A program made the position numbers and the translations under genes. The notes beneath the pieces were generated by a model. It worked only from the letters and a program-made list of their open reading frames with translations. It did not search any database and was not told the origin of the DNA. A stretch of DNA of 64,000 bases. Source: Candidatus Methanoperedens sp. Its GTDB lineage: Bacteria > Patescibacteriota > Microgenomatia > UBA12405. The number at the start of each line of letters is the position of its first letter. The stretch's first letter is position 1. The stretch lies in assembly GCA_035562735.1 (NCBI GenBank), contig DATMWB010000003.1, positions 44,232-108,231 on the forward strand, in the 5' to 3' direction. Below are positions 56,772 through 64,000 of the stretch, in pieces.

Positions 56772-57362
56772 ATGTCATTAAATCTTTTTATAATCGGTCC
56801 AAGTGGTTGTGGTAAATCGACCCAAGCCAAGCTCATTGCAAAAAAATACAATCTCACCCATCTTTCAACCGGCCAACTTCTTCGAGACGAAATAGCAAAT
56901 AAAACAGGCTTTGGTGTTGAAGCAAAAACATATATTGATCAAGGAAAATTAGTTCCCGATGATTTAGTTTTTGACGTTCTAGTAGCCAAATTAAAAACAA
57001 TAGATTATCAAAATTTTATTATTGATGGTTTTCCCCGACTTTTAAATCAAGGTAAAATTGTCGAATATTTTCTTAAAAAACAATCAAGACCTTTTTCTCT
57101 GCTAATTCATTTGACCGTAAGTCTTGCCGAAATTTCTACTCGCCGAGCCAGACTCGGAGATGAGTTTCAAGATAAAGACAGGACCGACAATACTCCTGAA
57201 GCTATTGCCTCACGTCAACAATTCTACGATGACGGTATTACTCCAATTCGTGAATACTTTGAATCAAAGGGATTATTTTTTGATGTTGATGGCAACCGGC
57301 CAGTCGAACCAGTTTTTACCGATATTGTTAACAAAATCGAAATAATTAAAAACAAATTATAA
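56772..57362 (+). CDS. adk: Adenylate kinase (short form without a zinc lid)
   Basis: GPSGCGKSTQA P-loop, 196 aa. Confidence 0.88.
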   Translation: MSLNLFIIGPSGCGKSTQAKLIAKKYNLTHLSTGQLLRDEIANKTGFGVEAKTYIDQGKLVPDDLVFDVLVAKLKTIDYQNFIIDGFPRLLNQGKIVEYFLKKQSRPFSLLIHLTVSLAEISTRRARLGDEFQDKDRTDNTPEAIASRQQFYDDGITPIREYFESKGLFFDVDGNRPVEPVFTDIVNKIEIIKNKL

Positions 57363-57373
57363 ATTTAATCTAA

Positions 57374-57577
57374 ATGAAAGAACCACAAGTAAAAGCAATT
57401 GTCACAGAAGTTCTACCCGACCAACTTTTTCGGGTAAAACTTGAGGACGGTCGTCAAATCGTCTGTTATTTAGCGGGAAAATTAAAAATGCACCATATCC
57501 GCTGTTTGGCTGGAGATACCGTATCTCTAGTCCTATCTCCCGATGGTAATAAAGGTCGTATAACTTATCGTGGTTAA
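57374..57577 (+). CDS. infA: Translation initiation factor IF-1
   Basis: 67 aa S1-like OB fold. Confidence 0.92.
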   Translation: MKEPQVKAIVTEVLPDQLFRVKLEDGRQIVCYLAGKLKMHHIRCLAGDTVSLVLSPDGNKGRITYRG

Positions 57578-57649
57578 TCCCCAAAAAAAATGTAATTTAC
57601 TCTTTGATATTATTCGAAGTTTAGGTTACAATACCAAAGTCTAAAGTTT

Positions 57650-57763
57650 ATGAAAGTTAAATCAAGCATAAAACTCCGCTGCAAGAACTGTAAAATCGTC
57701 ATTCGACGGGGTATTAAACGAGTTATTTGTTCTACCAAAAGACACACCCAAAAACAGGGTTAA
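57650..57763 (+). CDS. rpmJ: 50S ribosomal protein L36 (not in the ORF track, under 60 aa)
   Basis: Manual translation gives MKVKSSIKLRCKNCKIVIRRGIKRVICSTKRHTQKQG*. It shows the C-x2-C…C-x5-H zinc-ribbon L36 pattern in the canonical infA-rpmJ-rpsM position. Confidence 0.85.
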   Translation: MKVKSSIKLRCKNCKIVIRRGIKRVICSTKRHTQKQG

Positions 57764-57770
57764 CTTTAAT

Positions 57771-58187
57771 ATGAGAATTTCCGGAATTGAAATCCCCGAC
57801 AACGAAAGAGCCCAAATTGCTCTAACTCGTTTTTACGGTATTGGTCCAAAAAATGTTATCGAATTAGCCAAAAAAGCTGGTATTGAACTTGATACTCGGG
57901 TTAAAACCTTTACTCGTGACAACATTAGCAATCTAATGAAAGCTTTGGAAGAGTTCCAAACAGAAGGTGACCTAAAAAGAGAAATTCGTGAAAATATTGA
58001 TCGTTTAAAAGCAATTAAATGTTACCGTGGTATTCGCCATATTGTTTCTCTCCCTGTACGTGGTCAAAGGACAAAATCTAATTCCCGTACACGCAAGGGT
58101 AAAAAGAAAACAGTTGGTTCTCTTACCAAGGAAGCTTGGGCAAAAATTGAAACCCAGCAAAAAGCTGCTTCAACCGCAAAAAAATAA
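57771..58187 (+). CDS. rpsM: 30S ribosomal protein S13
   Basis: MRISGIEIPDNER…. Confidence 0.92.
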   Translation: MRISGIEIPDNERAQIALTRFYGIGPKNVIELAKKAGIELDTRVKTFTRDNISNLMKALEEFQTEGDLKREIRENIDRLKAIKCYRGIRHIVSLPVRGQRTKSNSRTRKGKKKTVGSLTKEAWAKIETQQKAASTAKK

Positions 58188-58193
58188 AATCAT

Positions 58194-58619
58194 ATGGCTA
58201 AATCAACCAAAACTGAATCATCTTCACAAAAAGTCAAAGCACCTTCAGTTCGAAAGAAAGTTATCAAAAGTATTTCTGAAGGTAGACTTTATATTCAATC
58301 CACCTTCAACAACACCATTGTCACAGTTACTGATGCCAATGGAAATGCTCTTGCTTGGTCTTCCTCAGGTCAGTGTGGTTTCAAGGGTTCGAGGAAATCA
58401 ACTCCTTTCGCCGCTACCACTGCCATCGAAAAAGCTCTTGATGGTGTCAAACAGTATGGTATTAAAAAATTAGCAGTTTACTTAAAAGGTCCAGGTACAG
58501 GCCGAGACGCCGCACTCCGATTCTTGCGTACAAAGCGAGATTTTGAAGTTGACGTAATTGCCGATGTTACCCCAGTTCCACACAACGGCCCCCGACCTCC
58601 CAAGGCCCGCCGAGTTTAA
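58194..58619 (+). CDS. rpsK: 30S ribosomal protein S11
   Basis: 141 aa, in canonical position. Confidence 0.92.
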   Translation: MAKSTKTESSSQKVKAPSVRKKVIKSISEGRLYIQSTFNNTIVTVTDANGNALAWSSSGQCGFKGSRKSTPFAATTAIEKALDGVKQYGIKKLAVYLKGPGTGRDAALRFLRTKRDFEVDVIADVTPVPHNGPRPPKARRV

Positions 58620-58630
58620 TCTAAACCAAT

Positions 58631-59260
58631 ATGAGAACTACACTAGATACCAAATGTCGTCTTTGTCGAGCAGAGGGCGTTAAGCTCTACCTAAAAGGTG
58701 CTCGTTGTTTTTCACCAAAATGCCCACTAGAAAAAAAAGGCGCTATTAAGCCTGGTATGCACGGTTTGAAAAGAGGTAAAAAACCCACTGATTACGGAAT
58801 TCAACTTCGTGCCAAACAAAAAGCCAAGAGAATTTACGGAGTTATGGAAACTCAGTTCAAAAATTATTACAACGCCGCCAAAAAGCTAAAAGGTTTAGTT
58901 GGTGACAATTTAATGATTCTTTTAGAAAGAAGACTCGACAATGTTGTTTATAATGCTGGTTTGTGTTTATCAAGAAGTCATGCAAAGGAGTTAATCAGTC
59001 ATAAACAAATTCTTGTAAATGATGCTGTCCTCAACATCTCCTCTTATCAAGTTAATGTTGGTGATGTAATTACCTTAAAATCAAAGATAGTTGAAAAGTC
59101 TGGCGATACTTTTAAATATGCCGACAAAGACTTCAAATCCCCAGAATGGATTGATCTCAACAAATCAAAAAATTCTGCTAAAATACTTGCTCTTCCCATT
59201 ATCGATCAAAATCAAAACGGGATCGATGTTAATTTAATCATTGAATATTATTCAAGATAA
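58631..59260 (+). CDS. rpsD: 30S ribosomal protein S4
   Basis: N-terminal zinc-finger-like CRLCRAEG…CFSPKC. Confidence 0.92.
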   Translation: MRTTLDTKCRLCRAEGVKLYLKGARCFSPKCPLEKKGAIKPGMHGLKRGKKPTDYGIQLRAKQKAKRIYGVMETQFKNYYNAAKKLKGLVGDNLMILLERRLDNVVYNAGLCLSRSHAKELISHKQILVNDAVLNISSYQVNVGDVITLKSKIVEKSGDTFKYADKDFKSPEWIDLNKSKNSAKILALPIIDQNQNGIDVNLIIEYYSR

Positions 59261-59276
59261 CAAAAAGGAGACACTC

Positions 59277-60197
59277 ATGATCGACACCAGCCGATTTCAT
59301 ATCAAAACCATTAAACAAAATGCCAATTATGGCAAATTTGAATTAAGTCCTCTTGTTGGTGGATTAGGCCACACTTTAGGAAATAGTCTTCGACGTATTT
59401 TATTAATCACTATTCCAGGTGCTGCCATTACCCGTATCAAAATAGATGGAGCCACCCATCTTTTTACCACCCTAAACGGTGTTAAAGAAGATTTAGTTGA
59501 AGTTTCTTTAAATCTTAAAAAAGTAAAGTTTACCTACACCAAGGAAGAACCCATTACTCTCGTTTTAGATAAAAAAGGTAAAGGTGTCGTTACTGCTGGA
59601 GATATTGCCGACAATACTGTTTGTAAAGTAGCCAATCCTGATCAAGTTATTGCTACCCTTACTGATGACAAAGCCCATCTAAAAATTGAAATAACTGTTG
59701 AACGTGGTGTTGGTTATACTCTGGCTCGTGAACAAAAAACCGATATCGTTGGCGAAATAATTCTAGATGCAACTTTTACCTCTGTTTTAAAAGCTAATTA
59801 CACTGTTGAACCAACCCGTCTTGGTAAAAAGAGTAATTATGACAAATTAACCATGGAAATTTGGACCGACGGTTCTATTGAACCTATGGCCGCACTTCAA
59901 GCTGCAACCAAAGATTTAATCAATGCCCTTAGCCAAATTGTTGATACTCGTGAATTCGACGACGAGGTCATAACTTTAGATTCAATGCCTATCAACCAAA
60001 TGGCAGAAATCAGTGTTGAAGAAATTGAATTACCTCTTCGAGTTACCAATGCTCTTAAAAAAGCAGGTTATCCTACTATTGACGCCCTAGTCAAAGCTGG
60101 TCGTCCTGATGTTAGCAAGGCAAAAAATGTTGGCGAAAAATCATTAAAAATTATTGATGCTTGGCTTCGAGAAAAAGGCTTTTCTTGGAACAAATAA
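59277..60197 (+). CDS. rpoA: DNA-directed RNA polymerase subunit alpha
   Basis: The ATG at 59277 has an SD (AAAGGAG) 7 nt upstream. The track start at 59241 overlaps rpsD and is rejected. Confidence 0.9.
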   Translation: MIDTSRFHIKTIKQNANYGKFELSPLVGGLGHTLGNSLRRILLITIPGAAITRIKIDGATHLFTTLNGVKEDLVEVSLNLKKVKFTYTKEEPITLVLDKKGKGVVTAGDIADNTVCKVANPDQVIATLTDDKAHLKIEITVERGVGYTLAREQKTDIVGEIILDATFTSVLKANYTVEPTRLGKKSNYDKLTMEIWTDGSIEPMAALQAATKDLINALSQIVDTREFDDEVITLDSMPINQMAEISVEEIELPLRVTNALKKAGYPTIDALVKAGRPDVSKAKNVGEKSLKIIDAWLREKGFSWNK

Positions 60198-60200
60198 AGT

Positions 60201-60713
60201 ATGAGACATCGAATATCTGGTCGACAATTAGGACGTAATATCAACGAACGCCAATCTCTCTATCGTTCTCAGTTGCGCAGTCTTTTCACTTATGGTTTTA
60301 TCAAAACCACCACCGCCAAAGCAAAATCTATAATGCCTTTGGCAGAAAAAATTGCTGCCGCTGCAGTAAAAGCAGATCTAAACTCTCGTCGCTATATTTT
60401 TACCTTCTTTCAAGATAGAAATGTTGTCAACAATATTGTCACCGCATTTTCAACCACTTTTTCTGGTCAAACCCAAAATTTTACCCAGATGAACAACGTC
60501 AAGTTTCGACAAGGTGATAATGCCTTGATTGTCAAACTAAGTTTTATCAAAGAAATAAACACCTTACCCAAGGAGATTTCCAAGCAAGATAAAAAAGCTG
60601 CTTCAGACAAAATAAAAACCTCCTTTGGTGGTAAAAAAGTTGCTGTAAAAAAGGAGACTGTAAAAAAAGAAGTTACTAAAAAAGTCGTTAAAAAAGGGGA
60701 AACTAAAAAATGA
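60201..60713 (+). CDS. rplQ: 50S ribosomal protein L17 (with Lys-rich C-terminal tail)
   Basis: MRHRISGRQLGRN…, with a C-terminal KKVAVKKETVKKEVTKKVVKK tail. Confidence 0.88.
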   Translation: MRHRISGRQLGRNINERQSLYRSQLRSLFTYGFIKTTTAKAKSIMPLAEKIAAAAVKADLNSRRYIFTFFQDRNVVNNIVTAFSTTFSGQTQNFTQMNNVKFRQGDNALIVKLSFIKEINTLPKEISKQDKKAASDKIKTSFGGKKVAVKKETVKKEVTKKVVKKGETKK

Positions 60714-61132
60714 AATCAAAAACCACTGTTTTAAAAGGAAGTAATCCAGTCCGTTCCTGGGTTTTAGTTGACTTGTCAGGTAAAACATTGGGACGTGCCG
60801 CCACAGAAATTGCTGCGGTACTCATGGGAAAAAACAAAGCCACTTTTTCATATCATCGAGATGATGGTGATTATGTAGTAGCTATCAATGCCAAGGATAT
60901 TGTTGTTACCGGAAAAAAACTAAAGCAAAAAATATATTATCACCATACTGCATTCGCCGGACATTTAAAAGAAATGAGTCTAAAAGAACTGATGGTCAAG
61001 GATCCTCGCAAAGTAATTGAATTTGCTGTTCATGGCATGCTTCCTAAAAATCATCTTCGACCTCTTAGAATGCGCCGTTTAAAAATTTCTGCAAATGCAG
61101 AACACAAATATACCGAAAAATTAGGTAAATAA
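60710..61132 (+). CDS. rplM: 50S ribosomal protein L13
   Basis: 140 aa, in canonical position. Confidence 0.92.
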   Translation: MKSKTTVLKGSNPVRSWVLVDLSGKTLGRAATEIAAVLMGKNKATFSYHRDDGDYVVAINAKDIVVTGKKLKQKIYYHHTAFAGHLKEMSLKELMVKDPRKVIEFAVHGMLPKNHLRPLRMRRLKISANAEHKYTEKLGK

Positions 61133-61134
61133 TT

Positions 61135-61551
61135 ATGGCAACTCCAAAAACCACCAAAAAAACCGCCAATACTTATGTTTACGCCCTCGGTCGTCGTAAA
61201 TCTGCTGTTGCTACCATCAAATTATTTTCTGGAAAAGGTGATTCAACCATCAACGCTCGAGAAATTAATAAATACTTCCCCTTAACTTTTTCTCGTCTCG
61301 AGCTACCATTCAAAACAACTGGAACGGAAGGAAAATTTCATTTTTCTGCCAAAATTGTTGGCGGTGGAAGAACCGGTCAATTAGCCGCTCTGATTTTAGC
61401 CATATCCCGCGCTCTTAAAAAGGGCAATCCTGACATGACCCTCGCTTTAGCTCAAGCAGGACTTTTGACTGTTGACGCTAGAGTTCGTGAAAGAAGAATG
61501 GTTGGTACCGGCGGTAAAGCTCGTAAACAAAAGCAATCTCCAAAGCGTTAA
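61135..61551 (+). CDS. rpsI: 30S ribosomal protein S9
   Basis: C-terminal …GGKARKQKQSPKR. Confidence 0.92.
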   Translation: MATPKTTKKTANTYVYALGRRKSAVATIKLFSGKGDSTINAREINKYFPLTFSRLELPFKTTGTEGKFHFSAKIVGGGRTGQLAALILAISRALKKGNPDMTLALAQAGLLTVDARVRERRMVGTGGKARKQKQSPKR

Positions 61552-61558
61552 TATTCTT

Positions 61559-61628
61559 GTCATTGCGACCACCTTCGTCATTTTGACTACCTTCGTCATT
61601 GCGAGGAGGTACTCCGACGAAGCAATCT
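61559..61628 (+). repeat. Interspersed repeat copy E (two 18-bp partial units plus a full unit) between the rpsI stop and a terminator
   Basis: GTCATTGCGACCACCTTC | GTCATTTTGACTACCTTC | GTCATTGCGAGgaggtactccgacGAAGCAATCT. Confidence 0.7.
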
Positions 61629-61642
61629 CTCTTAAAACCTCA

Positions 61643-61667
61643 AACCCGCCTCTCCGGCGGGTTTTTT
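61643..61667 (+). terminator. Rho-independent terminator after rpsI
   Basis: AAACCCGCC-tctcc-GGCGGGTTTTTT. The stem is the same as in the fusA terminator, with a complementary loop. Confidence 0.8.
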
Positions 61668-61692
61668 AAATTTTTCATAGTAAAATAAACTC

Positions 61693-62421
61693 ATGTCTTT
61701 TATCCAATCTCTTATTCTTTCTATTATTCAGGGTATTACTGAATTTTTACCCGTATCTTCCTCTGGTCATTTAAATTTATTTCAACACTTTTTTGGCTTA
61801 ACTCCTTCATTAGGTTTTGATATTTTTCTTAACACTGCTACCTTATTATCTGTTCTATTCTTTTTTCGCCTTAGAATCAAGTTCTTTTTTTCTCACTTAC
61901 CCCAAATTATTGTTGCCTCAATTCCGGCTGCCTTTGTCGGTATATTTTTAAATGACAATGTCGAATCAATATTTTCTAATTATTCTCTCTTACCGTTATT
62001 TTTTATAATTAATTCATCAATTTTATTAACCACAAAAAGATCAAGGGGTGAAAAATCAGAAATAACCCTACTACAGGCAATTATAATCGGTATATCTCAA
62101 GCCTTTGCCATACTCCCGGGAGTATCCCGCGCTGGCACTACCATTGCCACTGCTCTTGCCCTTGGTCTTTCACCAGAAACTGCCTTTAATTTTTCCTTTT
62201 GTCTTTTTATTCCCGCCTCACTTGGAGCCATAGTTCTTGGAGTTACCAATCTCGACTTGACTTCTTATCTAAATATCCAATATTTGGCTTCTTTTCTACT
62301 TACTTTTATTGTCGGTTTATTTTCCCTAAACATACTCCAAAAAGTCCTAAAAAATCGTCAAATTTGGTTCTTTGGAATATATACTCTATTTTTAGCTCTT
62401 CTTTTGCTTTTTCTAACCTAA
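61693..62421 (+). CDS. uppP: Undecaprenyl-diphosphatase
   Basis: …GITEFLPVSSSGHL… and PGxSRSG motifs, polytopic membrane protein. Confidence 0.85.
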   Translation: MSFIQSLILSIIQGITEFLPVSSSGHLNLFQHFFGLTPSLGFDIFLNTATLLSVLFFFRLRIKFFFSHLPQIIVASIPAAFVGIFLNDNVESIFSNYSLLPLFFIINSSILLTTKRSRGEKSEITLLQAIIIGISQAFAILPGVSRAGTTIATALALGLSPETAFNFSFCLFIPASLGAIVLGVTNLDLTSYLNIQYLASFLLTFIVGLFSLNILQKVLKNRQIWFFGIYTLFLALLLLFLT

Positions 62422-62654
62422 GCTTCTGCTATTGGACCCTTTAGCTTCACTTCGTTAAACTTTTTTATATTTTTTATGGTTTTTTTAAGCGCCTTATATC
62501 GTTTTTCCACGTCACTGGCTTCGGTAAAGATTTCTGATACCACCAACAATTCCTTATCACTATTTTTCTTTGTCATTTTTTTATATAAATTTTGGTTTCA
62601 GTTTTGAGGAGTTATTTAAAAATAATTTAGATAAAAATTAGTTAAATAATATTC

Positions 62655-62687
62655 TCTCCCCTCCTTTCAAAGGAGGGGCAGGGGAGG
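62655..62687. terminator. G/C-rich hairpin downstream of the convergent korB gene
   Basis: CCCCTCCTTT-caa-AGGAGGGG followed by CAGGGGAGG. Confidence 0.3.
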
Positions 62688-63311
62688 TTAACTTTGTTTT
62701 AATTGTTTTCCAAAACTTACACACAGCTGTTCCAAATCTAAAAGATGAAAACCTTTGTGACTTATGGCCCTTTCCATCGCCTCATTCACTTTTAGAGGTT
62801 CTTTACAATCAAGATGTTCAGCAGTCACTTCTGGATTTACAGTTTTTAGTAACTCCACTGGCATCAAAGCCACACTTGGTACACCGTGAGGTGTCGATTT
62901 TGTCTTGGTCCCCTTTGGAGTAGTAGGGCTACTTTGACCAGTAGTCAGAGAATAGAGATGGTTATTGGCCACGATTACGGTAATATCGATGTTTAATCTA
63001 GCTGCGGCTATCAAGTGACTCAATCCTTCACCATAAATTCCTCCGTCACCACCAATAGCAATCACATTTAGTTCGGGGTTGGCCAATTTTATTCCCACTG
63101 CAGTTGAAATAGATCTACCATGAAGAGAGTGGACTCCCCACCCTTTAACGAAGTCAGCCATGTTACCAATACAACCAATATCATAGACAATAACAGTCTT
63201 ATCTTGGTCAAGATTTAATTTTGCCAAAGTACCCTGTAAACCAGCAAAAATAACATAATCTTCACACCCAGGACACCATGTAGGGATAACCCCTGATCGC
63301 CAATTAGTCAT
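62688..63311 (-). CDS. 2-oxoacid:ferredoxin oxidoreductase beta subunit (TPP-binding)
   Basis: …WCPGCEDY… N-terminus and the TPP-binding GDGG motif (…IAIGGDGGIYGEGL…). Confidence 0.8.
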   Translation of the reverse strand: MTNWRSGVIPTWCPGCEDYVIFAGLQGTLAKLNLDQDKTVIVYDIGCIGNMADFVKGWGVHSLHGRSISTAVGIKLANPELNVIAIGGDGGIYGEGLSHLIAAARLNIDITVIVANNHLYSLTTGQSSPTTPKGTKTKSTPHGVPSVALMPVELLKTVNPEVTAEHLDCKEPLKVNEAMERAISHKGFHLLDLEQLCVSFGKQLKQS

Positions 63312-64000
63312 TTAGTTCCTCCTTTAATTCTTCCGGAAAGAAAGGCCTTCCGTCATATTTTAATATTTTTTTAGTAAACTCAACTGTCATTTTTGATTTT
63401 AAAAGAGATTCAAGTTGGGCTGTGGCATTATTTTCCACTAATATCTTTTCTGAAAAACCATTTATTATTTGACCTATCCTTGGGTCTATTGGCCATAAGC
63501 CCTTGAGCTGTAAAAAGGCAAAATCTTCTTTGTTTTCCATTTCTTTTAAGGCTTCTAAAATCGCTCCCTTTGTCGAACCCCAAGAAACAATTATCTTTTT
63601 AGCCTTATCACTACCATATAAGTTTACCTTTGGCATCGCCTCTAAAATATCCTTTTCTTTATTCAATCTCAAATCCATGGCTTTCTTACTTTCCGCCGCT
63701 TCTTCCACAGAATAACCATCCTCATTATGCTCATAACTATTATATAGTTTAATTGTGTGACCCTTCCCCGGAATTTGTTTGGTACTAACAACGACTTCTT
63801 TCTCATCAATATTAAAGTCTTTTGTATTAGCACTACTTTCTGAGAGATTTTTATCTGAAAGCATTATCACTGGAATATCAAACTTATTGGCCAAATTTAA
63901 AGACAACTTACTAAGTTCATAGGCTTCTTCATGATCACCAGCCGCCAGTACTACCTTGGGAAATTCTCCATGACCGCTATGAATGGCAAACAACAAATCA
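63304..64000 (-). CDS. 2-oxoacid:ferredoxin oxidoreductase alpha subunit (C-terminal part; the N-terminus lies beyond the window end)
   Basis: The frame is open to the window edge, and the C-terminal region is of the KorA/PorA type. Its stop overlaps the beta subunit start. Confidence 0.7.
   Translation of the reverse strand, partial: DLLFAIHSGHGEFPKVVLAAGDHEEAYELSKLSLNLANKFDIPVIMLSDKNLSESSANTKDFNIDEKEVVVSTKQIPGKGHTIKLYNSYEHNEDGYSVEEAAESKKAMDLRLNKEKDILEAMPKVNLYGSDKAKKIIVSWGSTKGAILEALKEMENKEDFAFLQLKGLWPIDPRIGQIINGFSEKILVENNATAQLESLLKSKMTVEFTKKILKYDGRPFFPEELKEELND

Noticed and set aside
58027-58473. 148-aa ORF in an alternative frame across rpsM/rpsK
   Set aside because: It overlaps two conserved ribosomal genes on the same strand in another frame, and its composition is low-complexity.
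59241-59276. Track start of rpoA at 59241 overlapping rpsD
   Set aside because: An SD (AAAGGAG) precedes the ATG at 59277, and alpha-subunit homology starts there.
61559-61628. Possible mini-CRISPR array (three tandem GTCATT… units of 18-34 bp)
   Set aside because: There are only two to three irregular units with no spacer-like unique sequences between them, and the same motif occurs as single copies elsewhere. It is better explained as an interspersed repeat with partial tandem duplication.
62418-62576. 52-aa ORF on the minus strand in the uppP-korB intergenic region
   Set aside because: It has no SD or promoter signal, overlaps the uppP stop, and shows no homology. It is an unsupported small ORF.
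1-64000. Alternative genetic code (UGA recoding, as in some CPR lineages)
   Set aside because: Long conserved genes (rpoB, rpoC, fusA, pnp) are uninterrupted under the standard code and end at conventional stops, so there is no sign of in-frame UGA.

Overview
This 64-kb window looks like a streamlined, AT-rich bacterial genome of the CPR/Patescibacteria type. It uses the standard genetic code, has many overlapping gene boundaries, lacks ribosomal protein L30, and encodes short adk and alaS forms plus fermentative 2-oxoacid:ferredoxin oxidoreductase genes. I found no rRNA, tRNA or CRISPR array by eye.

The window is mostly a contiguous information-processing backbone on the + strand:
- rpsO-pnp, then rnj, proS, ftsK and alaS;
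- ruvX, mltG, rpoB-rpoC-rpsL-rpsG, then fusA and tuf;
- the complete S10/spc/alpha ribosomal-protein block (rpsJ through rpsI, including secY, adk, infA, an rpmJ that the ORF track missed, and rpoA), followed by uppP and the convergent korB/korA pair.

Accessory and unusual content is concentrated in four places:
- an ~8-kb island splitting rpsG from fusA (34.1-42.2 kb). It carries a GHKL ATPase-like orphan, a PilM-like/LytR_C membrane protein, rmlB/rmlC/rmlD with no rmlA, a radical-SAM enzyme, a G+C-rich orphan gene followed by a nested UUCG hairpin, an FAD oxidoreductase and a DUF202 protein;
- a second G+C-rich cassette (13.5-14.75 kb) encoding a lipoprotein, bounded by perfect 14-bp inverted repeats and preceded by a heavily structured ~270-nt leader;
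- a 1-kb orphan gene wedged between fusA and tuf;
- a Lon-type AAA+ module that lacks a protease domain.

The most distinctive sequence-level signals are:
- a family of short interspersed repeats (TCGTCATTGCGAG...GAAGCAATCT) present in five copies. Three sit between a stop codon and an intrinsic terminator, and one is inserted in-frame inside alaS, in the manner of Rickettsia palindromic elements;
- recurring extended -10 boxes (TGnTATAAT) placed 5-8 nt upstream of ATG starts with no Shine-Dalgarno sequence, which suggests leaderless transcripts, including one identical 15-mer promoter/start module reused at two unrelated genes;
- a 21-bp motif shared upstream of rnj and fusA.
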